Position numbers and translations under genes: made by a program. Positions 43,928 to 53,461 of a stretch of 64,000 nucleotides of DNA are shown here, piece after piece. Each line of letters starts with the position of its first letter. Position 1 is the stretch's first letter. Origin of the DNA: an uncultured Planctomycetota bacterium (GTDB lineage Bacteria > Planctomycetota > Planctomycetia > Gemmatales > Gemmataceae); contig CAWKHF010000007.1 of the NCBI GenBank assembly GCA_963849325.1, positions 448,001 through 512,000 on the forward strand. The letters are read 5' to 3'. A model generated the notes under the pieces. That model made no database searches, was not told where the DNA came from, and saw only the letters and a list, made by a program, of their open reading frames with translations.

Positions 43928-46900
43928 ACGTGGTCGTGACCCTCAGTCAGCGTTTCGAGCGTTCCCCCGACGGGCGCGTGTGGACGCCCGCCGCCTTCGC
44001 CTACCCCTTCTGGACGCGCTATCTGGAAGTCTTCGATGGCGTGCGTGTCGTGGCTCGCGTTCGGGACGTGGCCGCGGCGCCGGCGGGATGGAATCGCGCC
44101 GACGGCGACGGCGTTGTCTTCACGCCGATCCCTTATTTTCGGGGACCGTGGCAGTATTTGCTCAAGGCGCGCCGCGTTGCCCGTACCGCTCGGGCGGCCA
44201 TCGGCCCGACAGACGCCGTCCTCCTTCGCGTACCGTCGGAACTGGCCCGCTGTGTGTCAACGTATCTACGGCAGAGCGGCCATCCCTACGGTGTCGAGGT
44301 CGTGGGCGATCCGTATGAGGTCTTCGCGCCGGGTGCGCTTCGTCATCCGCTGCGTCCGTTCTTACGCTGGTACTTCCCCGCGCAGCTGCGGCGCCAGTGC
44401 GCCGGCGCTTGCGGGGTTGCCTACGTCTCTCGCCACGTCCTGCCCCAGCGCTATCCCTGTCCCCATCACGCCGCGTACTTCTCGGACGTTGAGTTGCCCC
44501 CGGCCGCCTGGGTGTCCGCCCCAAGACCGCCTCGACCCGACGCGCGCGCCTTCACGCTCGTTACCATTGCCTCGCTGGAACAGCTCTACAAGGCGCCGGA
44601 CGTGCTGATCGACGCTGTCGCCGTATGCGTCCGGGATGGCTGGGACTTGCGGCTCGTGTTTGTCGGCGGAGGGCGGCATCGCGCGGAGTTGGAGGCGCGG
44701 GCGGCATCGCGGTGCCTGGCGGAGCGCGTCGTTTTCCACGGTCAGGTGCCGGCCGGCGAGGGCGTTCGCGCGGCGCTGGATGCGGCGGACCTGTTCGTGC
44801 TGCCCTCGCGCACCGAGGGACTTCCGCGGGCGATGCTGGAGGCGATGGCTCGCGGTCTGCCCTGCCTCGGCTCGCGCGTCGGAGGTATCCCCGAATTGCT
44901 CTCGGAAAAGGAGCTAGTCGAACCGGGCAACGTCGCCGGCCTGGCCGCCAAGATCGCCGAGGTGCTGAGCGACCCCGACCGTCTCTCGCGTCTGTCAGCC
45001 CGTAACCTGGCGAGGGCCGCCGAGTATCGCCCGGATATTCTGCGCGAGCGCATGTTGGCGTTCTATCGCCACGTCCGCAACCAGACGCAAGCCTGGCTGT
45101 CGGAGGAAGAGACTCGGAAGAGTGGCGCGTGGCGAGTGGCGTGTGGCGAGGGAAGAAGAAGCCTCTTCCCTCGCCACACGCCACTAACCACGAGCCACTC
45201 TTCCGACATCCGGCTGCTCCACGTCACCACCGTCCCGCAGTCGCTTGGCTTCCTGCGCGAGCAGGTGCGCTACGTCCAGAAAGAGGGCTTCAACGTACAC
45301 GTGCTTTCCTCGCCGGGGGAGTCCCTGGAGCGCTTTGGGACGGAAGAGCAGGTCGTCACCCATGCCGTGTCCATGCCCCGGCGAATCACGCCGCTGCGCG
45401 ACCTGTGGACGCTGGGACGGCTGTGTCGCATCCTCCGCCGCGTTCGACCGGACATCGTACATGGCCACACGCCCAAGGGCGGACTGCTGGCCATGCTCGC
45501 GGCCTGGTGTTGCGGCGTGCCGGTGCGCGTCTACCACATTCACGGCCTGCCTCTGATGACGGCCTCCGGATGGCGGCGCCGGCTGCTGCGCTGGACGGAA
45601 AAGACCGCCTGCCTCTTCGCCCAGCAAGTGTTCTGCGTCAGTGCCTCGGTTCGCCAGGTCGCGGTTGAAGAAGGTCTGTGTCCGGCCGAAAAGGTCCGCG
45701 TGCTGCTCGACGGCAGCATCGATGGCATGAACGCCGACAGGTTCGACCGGACGAAGCTGTCGCCGGAGACACAGCGGCGCGTCCGCGAACAGTACGGCAT
45801 CCCTCCGGATGCTCTCGTGCTGGGGTTCGTCGGGCGGGTGGTGCGCGACAAGGGGCTGATCGAGCTGGCCGAGGCCTGGCAGCGACTGCGGATGGAGTTT
45901 CCCGACGCCCACCTGCTCATCGTCGGCGGGACCGAGCCGCAAGATCCGATCCCTCCGGACGTGGAGGACCGGCTGCACAACGAGCCGCGCATTCACCAGG
46001 CGGGCACCGTCCGCGACACCATCTCACTCTACGCGGCGATGGATCTCGTCGTCTTGCCGTCGTACCGGGAGGGTTTCCCCATCGTCCCGCTGGAGGCGGC
46101 GGCGATGGAACTGCCGGTCGTTGCCACGCGCATCCCCGGTTGTGTCGATGCCGTCCAGGACGGCGTCACGGGTACGCTCGTGCCGGTGCGCGATGCCGGC
46201 GCCCTGGCCGACGCGATTCGCCATTACCTGCGCGACCCGGTGCTCCGGCTCCAGCACGGCGCGGCGGGACGCCAGCGCGTCCTGCGCGACTTCCGGCCGG
46301 AGAAGATGGGCCAGGCCGTCTACAGCGAATACCGCCGGTTACTCGCCTCCGTGAAAAAAGGGACTAGGGGCGAGGGACTAGGGACTAGGGAAGAAGCGAG
46401 ATCCCTGTCTTCCCTAGTCCCTAGTCCCTCGCCCCTAGTCCCTTTTTCCGAGCATGGCACTTTCTACCAGCGTCGCGGCAAACGCTGGCTCGACTTGCTG
46501 CTGACGCTCCCGGCCCTGGTCGTCCTGGCGCCGGTCTTTCTCCTCCTTGCCGTCCTGGTCCGCCTGATGATGGGCGCTCCGGTCCTCTATCGGCAGCGGC
46601 GCGCGGGGCGGAACGGCGCACCGTTCACCATCCTGAAGTTTCGCACCATGACCAATGAGCGCGACGCCTCGGGACGGCTCGCTCCCGATTCGCGGCGATT
46701 GACGCGACTGGGCCGCTTTCTGCGCGGCACCAGCCTGGACGAACTGCCGGAATTGCTCAACGTCCTCCGCGGCGACATGAGCCTGGTTGGACCGAGGCCG
46801 CTGCTGCCGCGCTACTTGCCCTATTACTCGCCGCGCGAAGTGCGGCGCTTCGAGCGGCTGCCCGGCATCACGGGTTGGGCCCAGATCAATGGCCGCAATA

Positions 46901-47121
46901 GTCTCGGCTGGGACGAACGCCTGGCCCATGATGTGTGCTATGTCGAGTCCTGCTCCCTGGGACTGGACCTTCGCATTCTTGTCATCACCGTTTGGAAGGT
47001 GCTGCGGCGAGCCGACGTTCACGTGGACACCACCCTCGTCCTCCGCTCCCTCGACGAGGAGCGGAGCGCGGGCGTCCCGCCCGCCGTTGTACCGTGCGAA
47101 CCTCAAACGCAGGAACTGTGA
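43924..47121 (+). CDS. Three-domain fusion: GT4 + GT4 + priming sugar transferase (PglC/WcaJ-like)
   Basis: LPSRTEGLPRAMLEAMA, LPSYREGFPIVPLEAAA, KFRTM..SLDELPELLNVLRGDMSLVGPRP in one open frame. Confidence 0.85.
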   Translation: MNVVVTLSQRFERSPDGRVWTPAAFAYPFWTRYLEVFDGVRVVARVRDVAAAPAGWNRADGDGVVFTPIPYFRGPWQYLLKARRVARTARAAIGPTDAVLLRVPSELARCVSTYLRQSGHPYGVEVVGDPYEVFAPGALRHPLRPFLRWYFPAQLRRQCAGACGVAYVSRHVLPQRYPCPHHAAYFSDVELPPAAWVSAPRPPRPDARAFTLVTIASLEQLYKAPDVLIDAVAVCVRDGWDLRLVFVGGGRHRAELEARAASRCLAERVVFHGQVPAGEGVRAALDAADLFVLPSRTEGLPRAMLEAMARGLPCLGSRVGGIPELLSEKELVEPGNVAGLAAKIAEVLSDPDRLSRLSARNLARAAEYRPDILRERMLAFYRHVRNQTQAWLSEEETRKSGAWRVACGEGRRSLFPRHTPLTTSHSSDIRLLHVTTVPQSLGFLREQVRYVQKEGFNVHVLSSPGESLERFGTEEQVVTHAVSMPRRITPLRDLWTLGRLCRILRRVRPDIVHGHTPKGGLLAMLAAWCCGVPVRVYHIHGLPLMTASGWRRRLLRWTEKTACLFAQQVFCVSASVRQVAVEEGLCPAEKVRVLLDGSIDGMNADRFDRTKLSPETQRRVREQYGIPPDALVLGFVGRVVRDKGLIELAEAWQRLRMEFPDAHLLIVGGTEPQDPIPPDVEDRLHNEPRIHQAGTVRDTISLYAAMDLVVLPSYREGFPIVPLEAAAMELPVVATRIPGCVDAVQDGVTGTLVPVRDAGALADAIRHYLRDPVLRLQHGAAGRQRVLRDFRPEKMGQAVYSEYRRLLASVKKGTRGEGLGTREEARSLSSLVPSPSPLVPFSEHGTFYQRRGKRWLDLLLTLPALVVLAPVFLLLAVLVRLMMGAPVLYRQRRAGRNGAPFTILKFRTMTNERDASGRLAPDSRRLTRLGRFLRGTSLDELPELLNVLRGDMSLVGPRPLLPRYLPYYSPREVRRFERLPGITGWAQINGRNSLGWDERLAHDVCYVESCSLGLDLRILVITVWKVLRRADVHVDTTLVLRSLDEERSAGVPPAVVPCEPQTQEL
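45114..45206. repeat. 93-nt heptamer-repeat palindrome (GTGGCGN units) at GT-GT junction
   Basis: 43-bp arms with 3 mismatches, inner ends GGGAAGA/TCTTCCC. Confidence 0.9.
46355..46447. repeat. 93-nt heptamer-repeat palindrome (GGGACTA units) at GT-sugar transferase junction
   Basis: Perfect 40-bp arms, 13-nt spacer, inner ends GGGAAGA/TCTTCCC. Confidence 0.92.
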
Positions 47122-47123
47122 CG

Positions 47124-48236
47124 ATGGCCCAACTTCGCCTGATCCAGACCGACCAGCCCTCGGAGTGGGCGGCTGTTTTGTCCCAGTCGTTTCCGTACGA
47201 CTTCTACCACTTGCCAGGCTATCACGTCCTGGCCGAGCAGCAGGGAGAGGGGACCGCTCACCTGTTCGTCTGGAGCGAGGACGGCTGGACGATCGCTCTG
47301 CCGCTGCTGCTGCGGTCGCTGGAGGGAGTTCCTGGCATCAACGGAGAGGGAACCGGCTGGCGCGATGCCACCTCCGTCTACGGCTATGCCGGACCCATCG
47401 CCTCGCAGGCCGTCGTCCCCGAGGCGATCCGCGAACACTTTCGCGTGGCCGTCCGCGAGGCGCTGCGCGAGCTGAGAGTGGTCTCGGTTTTCTCCCGGCT
47501 GCATCCGCTTCTGCCCGAGCAGGGCGATTGGCTCGCCGGCCTGGGGGAGTGCATGGCGCTCGCCAAGACGGTCTCCCTCGACCTCACTCTACCCTCCGAG
47601 GCGCAGCGCGGCCGCTATCGTCGCAATCACAAGGAGGGCATCGGCAAGCTCCGCCGTCAGGGTATCGCCTGCGTGTACGACCCGGAGTGCGAACGCCTGC
47701 CGGATTTCATCGACCTGTACCATGAAACGATGCGGCGGGTCGGCGCCGCCCCGGCTTACTTCTTCCCGGCCGCTTACTTCGCGGCCCTGCGTTGCTGCCT
47801 GGGGCGGAGCTTCCATCTTTTCGGCTGCGTCATTGAGGGACGCTACGCTTGTGGCGGTCTCTTCGTGGAATGCAACGGCATTCTGCAATTCCACCTGGGC
47901 GGGACGCGCGACGACTTTCTCCGCATGGGTCCGATGAAGCTGCTGTTCGACGAGGTGCGCGAGTGGGCCACCGCGCGGGGTCTGCGGGTGCTGCACCTGG
48001 GCGGAGGAGCGACATCGCGGCCGGACGACTCATTGCTCCACTTCAAGACCGGCTTCTCGGATCGCCAGCACGATTTCCGTGTCTGGCGCTACACCCTGGC
48101 TCCCGAGGTGTACGACCGGTTCTGCCGTGGCCGAGCGCGCTGGAACGACCAGAATCGACTCTGCGCGACGGCGCCGGACTTTTTCCCCGCCTACCGATGT
48201 CCGACCGTTCCAAATTCCTCCGAGCCTGAAGCGTAA
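47124..48236 (+). CDS. FemAB-like GNAT acyl/aminoacyltransferase
   Basis: YDFYHLPGYH, DATSVYGYAGP, FSRLHP, LYHETMRRVGA, LHLGGG, FKTGFS. Confidence 0.8.
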   Translation: MAQLRLIQTDQPSEWAAVLSQSFPYDFYHLPGYHVLAEQQGEGTAHLFVWSEDGWTIALPLLLRSLEGVPGINGEGTGWRDATSVYGYAGPIASQAVVPEAIREHFRVAVREALRELRVVSVFSRLHPLLPEQGDWLAGLGECMALAKTVSLDLTLPSEAQRGRYRRNHKEGIGKLRRQGIACVYDPECERLPDFIDLYHETMRRVGAAPAYFFPAAYFAALRCCLGRSFHLFGCVIEGRYACGGLFVECNGILQFHLGGTRDDFLRMGPMKLLFDEVREWATARGLRVLHLGGGATSRPDDSLLHFKTGFSDRQHDFRVWRYTLAPEVYDRFCRGRARWNDQNRLCATAPDFFPAYRCPTVPNSSEPEA

Positions 48237-48274
48237 GCGAAGGAAGATCCCTTCGCTTACGCTTCAGGCTCGGA
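48219..48274. repeat. REP-like palindrome (family B variant) providing the GNAT stop codon
   Basis: tccgagcctgaagcgtaagcgaagg ... ccttcgcttacgcttcaggctcgga. Confidence 0.85.
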
Positions 48275-48306
48275 CAAGAACTGTTTGTCCGCCAGGGGAG
48301 CAAGCC

Positions 48307-49487
48307 ATGAAGCGCCTTTACCTGTCGCCGCCACACCTGGGCGGAGAGGAACTAAAGCTGGTCCAGGACGCCTTCGCCTCCAACTGGATCGCGCCCTGGG
48401 TCCGCACGTCGATGCCTTCGAGGAAGAATTCGCTCGCGCCGTGGGCGCTGGCTATGCCGTCGCCTTGTCTTCGGGCACCGCGGCTCTCCACCTCGCCCTG
48501 CGCCTCGCCGGCGTCCGTCGCGGCGACGCGGTGCTCTGTCCCACACTGACCTTCTGCGCCAGCGCCAACCCGATCGTCTACGAGGGCGGCTCTCCCGTCT
48601 TCCTCGACGTGGACCCGACTACCTGGAACCTCGATCCCGAACTGCTGCGCGAAGAACTGCGCGTGTGTGCGGCGCGCGGCCGACTGCCCCGGGCCGTGGT
48701 CGTCGTCGATCTCTATGGACAGAGCGCCGATTACGACGCGATCCTGGCGGCCTGCGCCGCCTATGACGTGCCGGTGATCGAGGACGCCGCCGAGGCGCTG
48801 GGGGCGACCTACAAGGGGAGGATGGCCGGGACGTTCGGGCGCATGAGTGTGTTTTCCTTCAACGGCAACAAAATCATCACCACGTCCGGCGGAGGCATGT
48901 TGGTCTCCAACGACGGAGCGCTGGTCGAACAGGCGCGTTTCCTCGCTTCGCAGGCCCGCGACCCCTCGCCGCACTATCAGCACTCGGTTGTCGGCCACAA
49001 CTACCGCCTCAGCAACATTCTGGCGGCTATCGGCCGCGGACAGCTGCGCGTGCTGCCGGAGCGTGTCGAGGCCCGCCGCCGCAACAACCGATGGTATCGA
49101 CAGGCGCTCGCCGACCTGCCGGGCGTCGCCTTCATGCCCGAGGCGGCTTACGGCCAGGGCAACGGCTGGCTTACCTGCATTACGATTGATCCTCACCGCT
49201 TCGGTGCCAGTCGTGAGGACGTGCGACTGGCCCTGGAGGCGAAGGACATCGAGTCGCGGCCGGTGTGGAAACCGCTGCACCTGCAGCCGGCCTTCGCCGA
49301 ACGTCGGGTGCGGGGCGGGAGAGTGGCGGAAGGCATTTTCGAGCACGGCCTTTGCCTGCCTAGCGGCTCCAGCCTGACCGAGGCCGACCGTGAGCGCGTC
49401 GCCGCTGTCATCCGCGAGACGTGCCGTCCGGCCGTCGTTCGCCGCCGGCCCAGCGGGCGGCGTACAACCGCCATAAGCGATCCGTAA
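48307..49487 (+). CDS. DegT/DnrJ/EryC1/StrS sugar aminotransferase (PglE/EpsN-like), one frameshift
   Basis: YLSPPH, ALSSGTAALHLAL, IEDAAEALG, SFNGNKIITTSGGG, ESRPVWKPLHLQP. Confidence 0.92.
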
Positions 49488-50761
49488 CGTCGATACGGAG
49501 GGAATCGGCCGAGATCGTGGCGTCCACCACCTGCCAACGAGGGATACGTTGTTGCAGGTCCAGGAAGCGCTGGCGCTGGAACTCGAGCGTGTCCGGGTCG
49601 AGGTCGCCCTTGGCGCAAACATGACTTGCCCCGGAACGTCGAGCAGGATCACCGCGTCGGGCGCCGGGCAAGCGTCGCGCCTTGACCCACGAGGAGAGAC
49701 GGCGCAGACGGCCACGCCGGCCAGGCGGCGGCGCCAGGCCGTCGTAGGTGTAGCGATCGAAGAGCACCAGGCGCCCGCAGCTGGTGATAGCGCGCTTCCA
49801 GGAAGCGCCGCCACAGCACCAACAGCCGGCCCGGCGCCAAATCTCGTTTAGCCGCGACGCGCAGCGGAGCGCGACTCGCGCTCCGCTGCGCGTCGCGGCT
49901 AGACTTTTTCCCCGATACGCCGAAGCCCATGTAGATCGTCCGTACCGGGCAGAAAAAGGACTGCTGCAGCCCCGCGGCCAGAGTGGATTTGCCGGCGCCG
50001 TCCGGTCCCAGCAGGGCCACGCTCAGGCCACGGCGGCGCCAGTGGTTCCCCATACGGGCCGGCAGGCGTAGGCATTCGCCCAGCAGTCTCCCGATCCGTG
50101 CGACGAAAGACCCCCGCTTCCGCCAGGCGGACGCGAGGTTCGGGGCCAACTGCTCCAACTCGTCCCAGTCGCCCCGTCGAACGCACTCCAGCAGGCGGGC
50201 CGTGTCCCAGCCGCGAGGACAAACCCGCTCGATTACCGCCCGCAGCGGGCCGCCCGGTTCGGTCCCACGGACCCGTTTTTGCAGACGGTCCCGGTGCCGG
50301 GGAGCGATGGCTCCCTTGTCCAGCAAGACATGGAGCAGCGTCGCCCAGAAGGCATCCTCGGCCGCCAGTTCCGCCAGCGTGCCGGCGCGGACACGCCGCT
50401 CCAGGCACGCCTCCTCGGCCTCGGTTCGCAAGCGATGACGCGAACCGAAGGCCAGCGCGGCTACGAAATGCAGACGTATCCAGCAATCGGTGGCGGCGTG
50501 ATAGGCGAGAAAGACCTGCTCCCAGCCGGAACCCACACCCGGAAAGCGGACAAGGCCCAGGGGCGCCAGCAGGGAGGGAAGCCGGCCGATGTCGCGCGGA
50601 TGGACGAGCAGATCGACGTCGCCGGCAGGGGCGACAGGGTTGGCAGGCCAGCGAAGCAAACACCAACGCACGCCGCCGTGCTCCAGGGCCGCCGACGCCA
50701 TTTCGAGCAAGGGATGCAGCGTCGGCGTGAGGCACTCCGCGTCCATCTCGGGGACCGCCAT
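49408..50761 (-). CDS. Nucleotidyltransferase-like plus thymidylate-kinase-like P-loop protein, frameshifted
   Basis: GDVDLLV, VALLGPDGAGKST, LFDRYTYD. Confidence 0.7.
49846..49904. repeat. REP-like palindrome, family A, inside a CDS
   Basis: Same arms as 1347 and 24909; translated SSRDAQRSASRAPLRVAAKR. Confidence 0.9.
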
Positions 50762-50762
50762 G

Positions 50763-51770
50763 TCAACCGCCCTCCGACCGAGGGGGCCAGAAGCGGAGAG
50801 GGTCGGCACCGGCATGGAAGACCTCTCCCCAGTAGCGAGACAGGTGCAAGCCCTCGCGATAGTCGTCGGGGTCGCCCTCGCAGACCTCGCCGCACGCCTC
50901 CTGGAGGATGGAACGAAACAGACGACCGCCGGTCGCCTCGTTGGCCAGGACGCATCCGCTGCCGAGCCGGGCATTGACCTCGATCAGGACCGGGACGTCC
51001 CCCGTGAAGAGTTGTACGTTCAGCGGGCCGCGGTAGCCGCGCTGGGCCAGGGCGTCAATGGTGCGGTCGGCCAGGCCGGCCACGACCGGACAGCGGATGG
51101 TATGCGACTGGATGACCTCTCCCCCGCTCACCCGATCGCGCAGGCGCGGCACGCGCACGGTGCAACGGCCCCGGATCGACACGTAGGCGTCAACGCTTAC
51201 CTCCGCTCCTTGCACCCATTCCTGAAAGATCAGGTCGGGACAACGTTCCAGGGCGGCGTGGGCTTCCGGCAGAGACCGGCACACGCCCGCCCCGGCCGAG
51301 GCGGAACCCCGCGACTGCTTGACGAACAGCGGGAACAGGTCGGCCCGAAGAGCGGCGGGTGGATAGGTGCGTGGGAAAGGCAACCCCTCTTCGCGGGCAA
51401 ACGTCTCGAAGCGATGTTTGTCCCGGCACAACTCCACCAAGTCCGGGTGCGGACAGATGACCGTGGTGCCAACCTCCGTGAAACGCGGCAGGTTCCGGGT
51501 CAGATGATCCAGATCGATGTCGAGATGGGGGACCAGGACGTACACGTCCTGACGGATGCAGATGTCGAGGAGACGATCGATGTAGTCGGGATCGGCCACC
51601 GGCGGCACCGGGAACGAAGCGTCCGCGAAAAGACCGGCGGGGTTGAGCGGATCGCAATCGACCACGTACAGGCGTCCCTGCCGTAGCATGGCCACGTCGC
51701 GCATGGCCTGCCGCATCTGAAGAATGAGGCCGACCCATCTGCCCCCGCACGTTACCAGAACATTTGGCAT
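50763..51770 (-). CDS. ATP-grasp protein (carbamoyl-phosphate-synthase-like, polysaccharide-locus type)
   Basis: NVLVTCGGR, CRDKH, FVKQSRGSAS, IFQEWVQG.EVSVD, LIEVNARLGSG. Confidence 0.85.
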   Translation of the reverse strand: MPNVLVTCGGRWVGLILQMRQAMRDVAMLRQGRLYVVDCDPLNPAGLFADASFPVPPVADPDYIDRLLDICIRQDVYVLVPHLDIDLDHLTRNLPRFTEVGTTVICPHPDLVELCRDKHRFETFAREEGLPFPRTYPPAALRADLFPLFVKQSRGSASAGAGVCRSLPEAHAALERCPDLIFQEWVQGAEVSVDAYVSIRGRCTVRVPRLRDRVSGGEVIQSHTIRCPVVAGLADRTIDALAQRGYRGPLNVQLFTGDVPVLIEVNARLGSGCVLANEATGGRLFRSILQEACGEVCEGDPDDYREGLHLSRYWGEVFHAGADPLRFWPPRSEGG

Positions 51771-51948
51771 TGGACGACATGCCTCCTCGGTAGAGCGCGA
51801 GGACTCGGAGACTCAACCTCCTTCCACCTTCCTTGCCTACCCGGATGCGCCGCAGCCCGGGTACGAGGGTTTCAACGAGTATACTTCGACGGTGGAGGAA
51901 GGGCAAACGGATGGAAATATTATAAGAAGTCCTAACTTTTTGCCGACA

Positions 51949-52001
51949 AGCCCGGAGCGCCAGCGACGGGTTGCGCTCACCCGTCGCTGGCGCTCCGGGC
52001 T
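51949..52001. repeat. REP-like palindrome (AGCCCGGAGCGCCAGCGACGGG)
   Basis: 23-bp perfect arms; same arms at 55997. Confidence 0.88.
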
Positions 52002-52018
52002 AGTTTGAGAAACCGTTT

Positions 52019-53461
52019 CTACCGTAAACCGCTGCCGCTGAGGTTATTGTAATTGCCGACGCCGATACGGCCGGGGATTTGCTGGAACGCGGATACGTCA
52101 CCGACGCCGACCAGGCCGCCGCTGTTAAACGGTATCCAGCTCATGTTGAGGCTGAACAGGGTCGTGCCCATGTAGCGAGCCAGGGCGGCGTTGGGCATTT
52201 CTTGCAGGATCAGCACGTCGCCCGGCTGGACGAGGATGCGTTCGCGTGGATCGCGCAGCGCCTGGTTGAGATCGACGCGGATGGGCAGCTGGCCGCCGCC
52301 GGGCAGGCGGCGCACGACGACGAGCAAGCTGGGGCTGTCGAAGCCGACGCCCGGATTGATGAGGTTGCCGGCCAGGTTGTTGTTGACGAAGGCGCCGTTG
52401 ATGAGCGGGCCGCGAACCGCGGCCACGGCCTCGACCACGTCGAAATCGCGGTCGCGCGGCAGCACGTGCTCGCCGGAGGGCAGCAGACCGCCGGTGAAGA
52501 AGACGTCCTCGTCGCGCACTGCGACGAAGACAACGTCGCCATCGTGCAGCACCACGTCTTCCGGCTGGAAGGGCAGCGGCCGGCCGGGCCGCCAGCGCAG
52601 TGGAATCCGCACACAGCCGGCGGAAACCTCTGGGGACGCACCCCCGTTGGGCGACTCGATTTGTCGCCGAATGGCCTCGGCCCCCTCCTTGTCCTGGAAA
52701 CAGCCGCGCTGGATGACGACCTCGTCGCAGGCGTCCAGGCCAGGCAGGCCGCCGGTCACGGTCAGGGCGTGCAGCACGTCGTTCTCACCGGCGGGCAGGT
52801 CGATGCTGAAGCCGGTGCCGCGCTTGCCGGTGATCATGATTCCCAGTCCTCCGGCGGGAGCGTTGCCGAACCCGGCCGCTTCCTGACGCAGCACCACGAC
52901 GTGATACTGACGCGGTTGCAGCAGCGTCACCATGATGCGGTCGTTGCCCGCTTGCAGGACCTGTTTCTCGACGGTGTATAGATGGCGGATAGCGTCCTCG
53001 ACTTCGCCCAGGGTCTTGCCGTTGACCTGCAAGGGCGTCGCCAGGGGCAAGACGATGGTGCCATCCTCGCGCAGGGGCACTGGGTAGCCCAGGGCGGGCG
53101 GAAGCCGGCGCTGATCGCGGGTCGCCACCGGCGGCGAGGTGTGGACGGGCGGCGGCACCGTTCGCTCGCCCAGGACACTCTCGATCCAGACCCCGAGCAC
53201 ATCGCCCGGGGCCAGGCGATACGTGGCGGAGCGCGGCTGCTCCAATAGCGTCAACGGCAGAGGCAAACACGCCTTCCGCGATTCGCCCAGCACCTCGGGC
53301 GGCAAACAGCGCACCGGCACGCCGTCGGCCACCGGGTTGGTCAACGCCGCGCAACCGGCGAGCCCGTTCGCCAACAGGAAGGCGAGAAGCAACCGCGGCC
53401 TCGTTGCAGCGAATGGACGCATGACTGTCCTCCCCAGCCGGAGATACCAACCGCGGATCAT
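52019..53461 (-). CDS. Polysaccharide export lipoprotein (Wza-like, planctomycete type)
   Basis: Lipobox LAGC, YRLAPGDVLGVWI, VPLREDGTIVLP, DVLHALTVTGGLPG, ILVQPGDVLILQ. Confidence 0.8.
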   Translation of the reverse strand: MIRGWYLRLGRTVMRPFAATRPRLLLAFLLANGLAGCAALTNPVADGVPVRCLPPEVLGESRKACLPLPLTLLEQPRSATYRLAPGDVLGVWIESVLGERTVPPPVHTSPPVATRDQRRLPPALGYPVPLREDGTIVLPLATPLQVNGKTLGEVEDAIRHLYTVEKQVLQAGNDRIMVTLLQPRQYHVVVLRQEAAGFGNAPAGGLGIMITGKRGTGFSIDLPAGENDVLHALTVTGGLPGLDACDEVVIQRGCFQDKEGAEAIRRQIESPNGGASPEVSAGCVRIPLRWRPGRPLPFQPEDVVLHDGDVVFVAVRDEDVFFTGGLLPSGEHVLPRDRDFDVVEAVAAVRGPLINGAFVNNNLAGNLINPGVGFDSPSLLVVVRRLPGGGQLPIRVDLNQALRDPRERILVQPGDVLILQEMPNAALARYMGTTLFSLNMSWIPFNSGGLVGVGDVSAFQQIPGRIGVGNYNNLSGSGLR

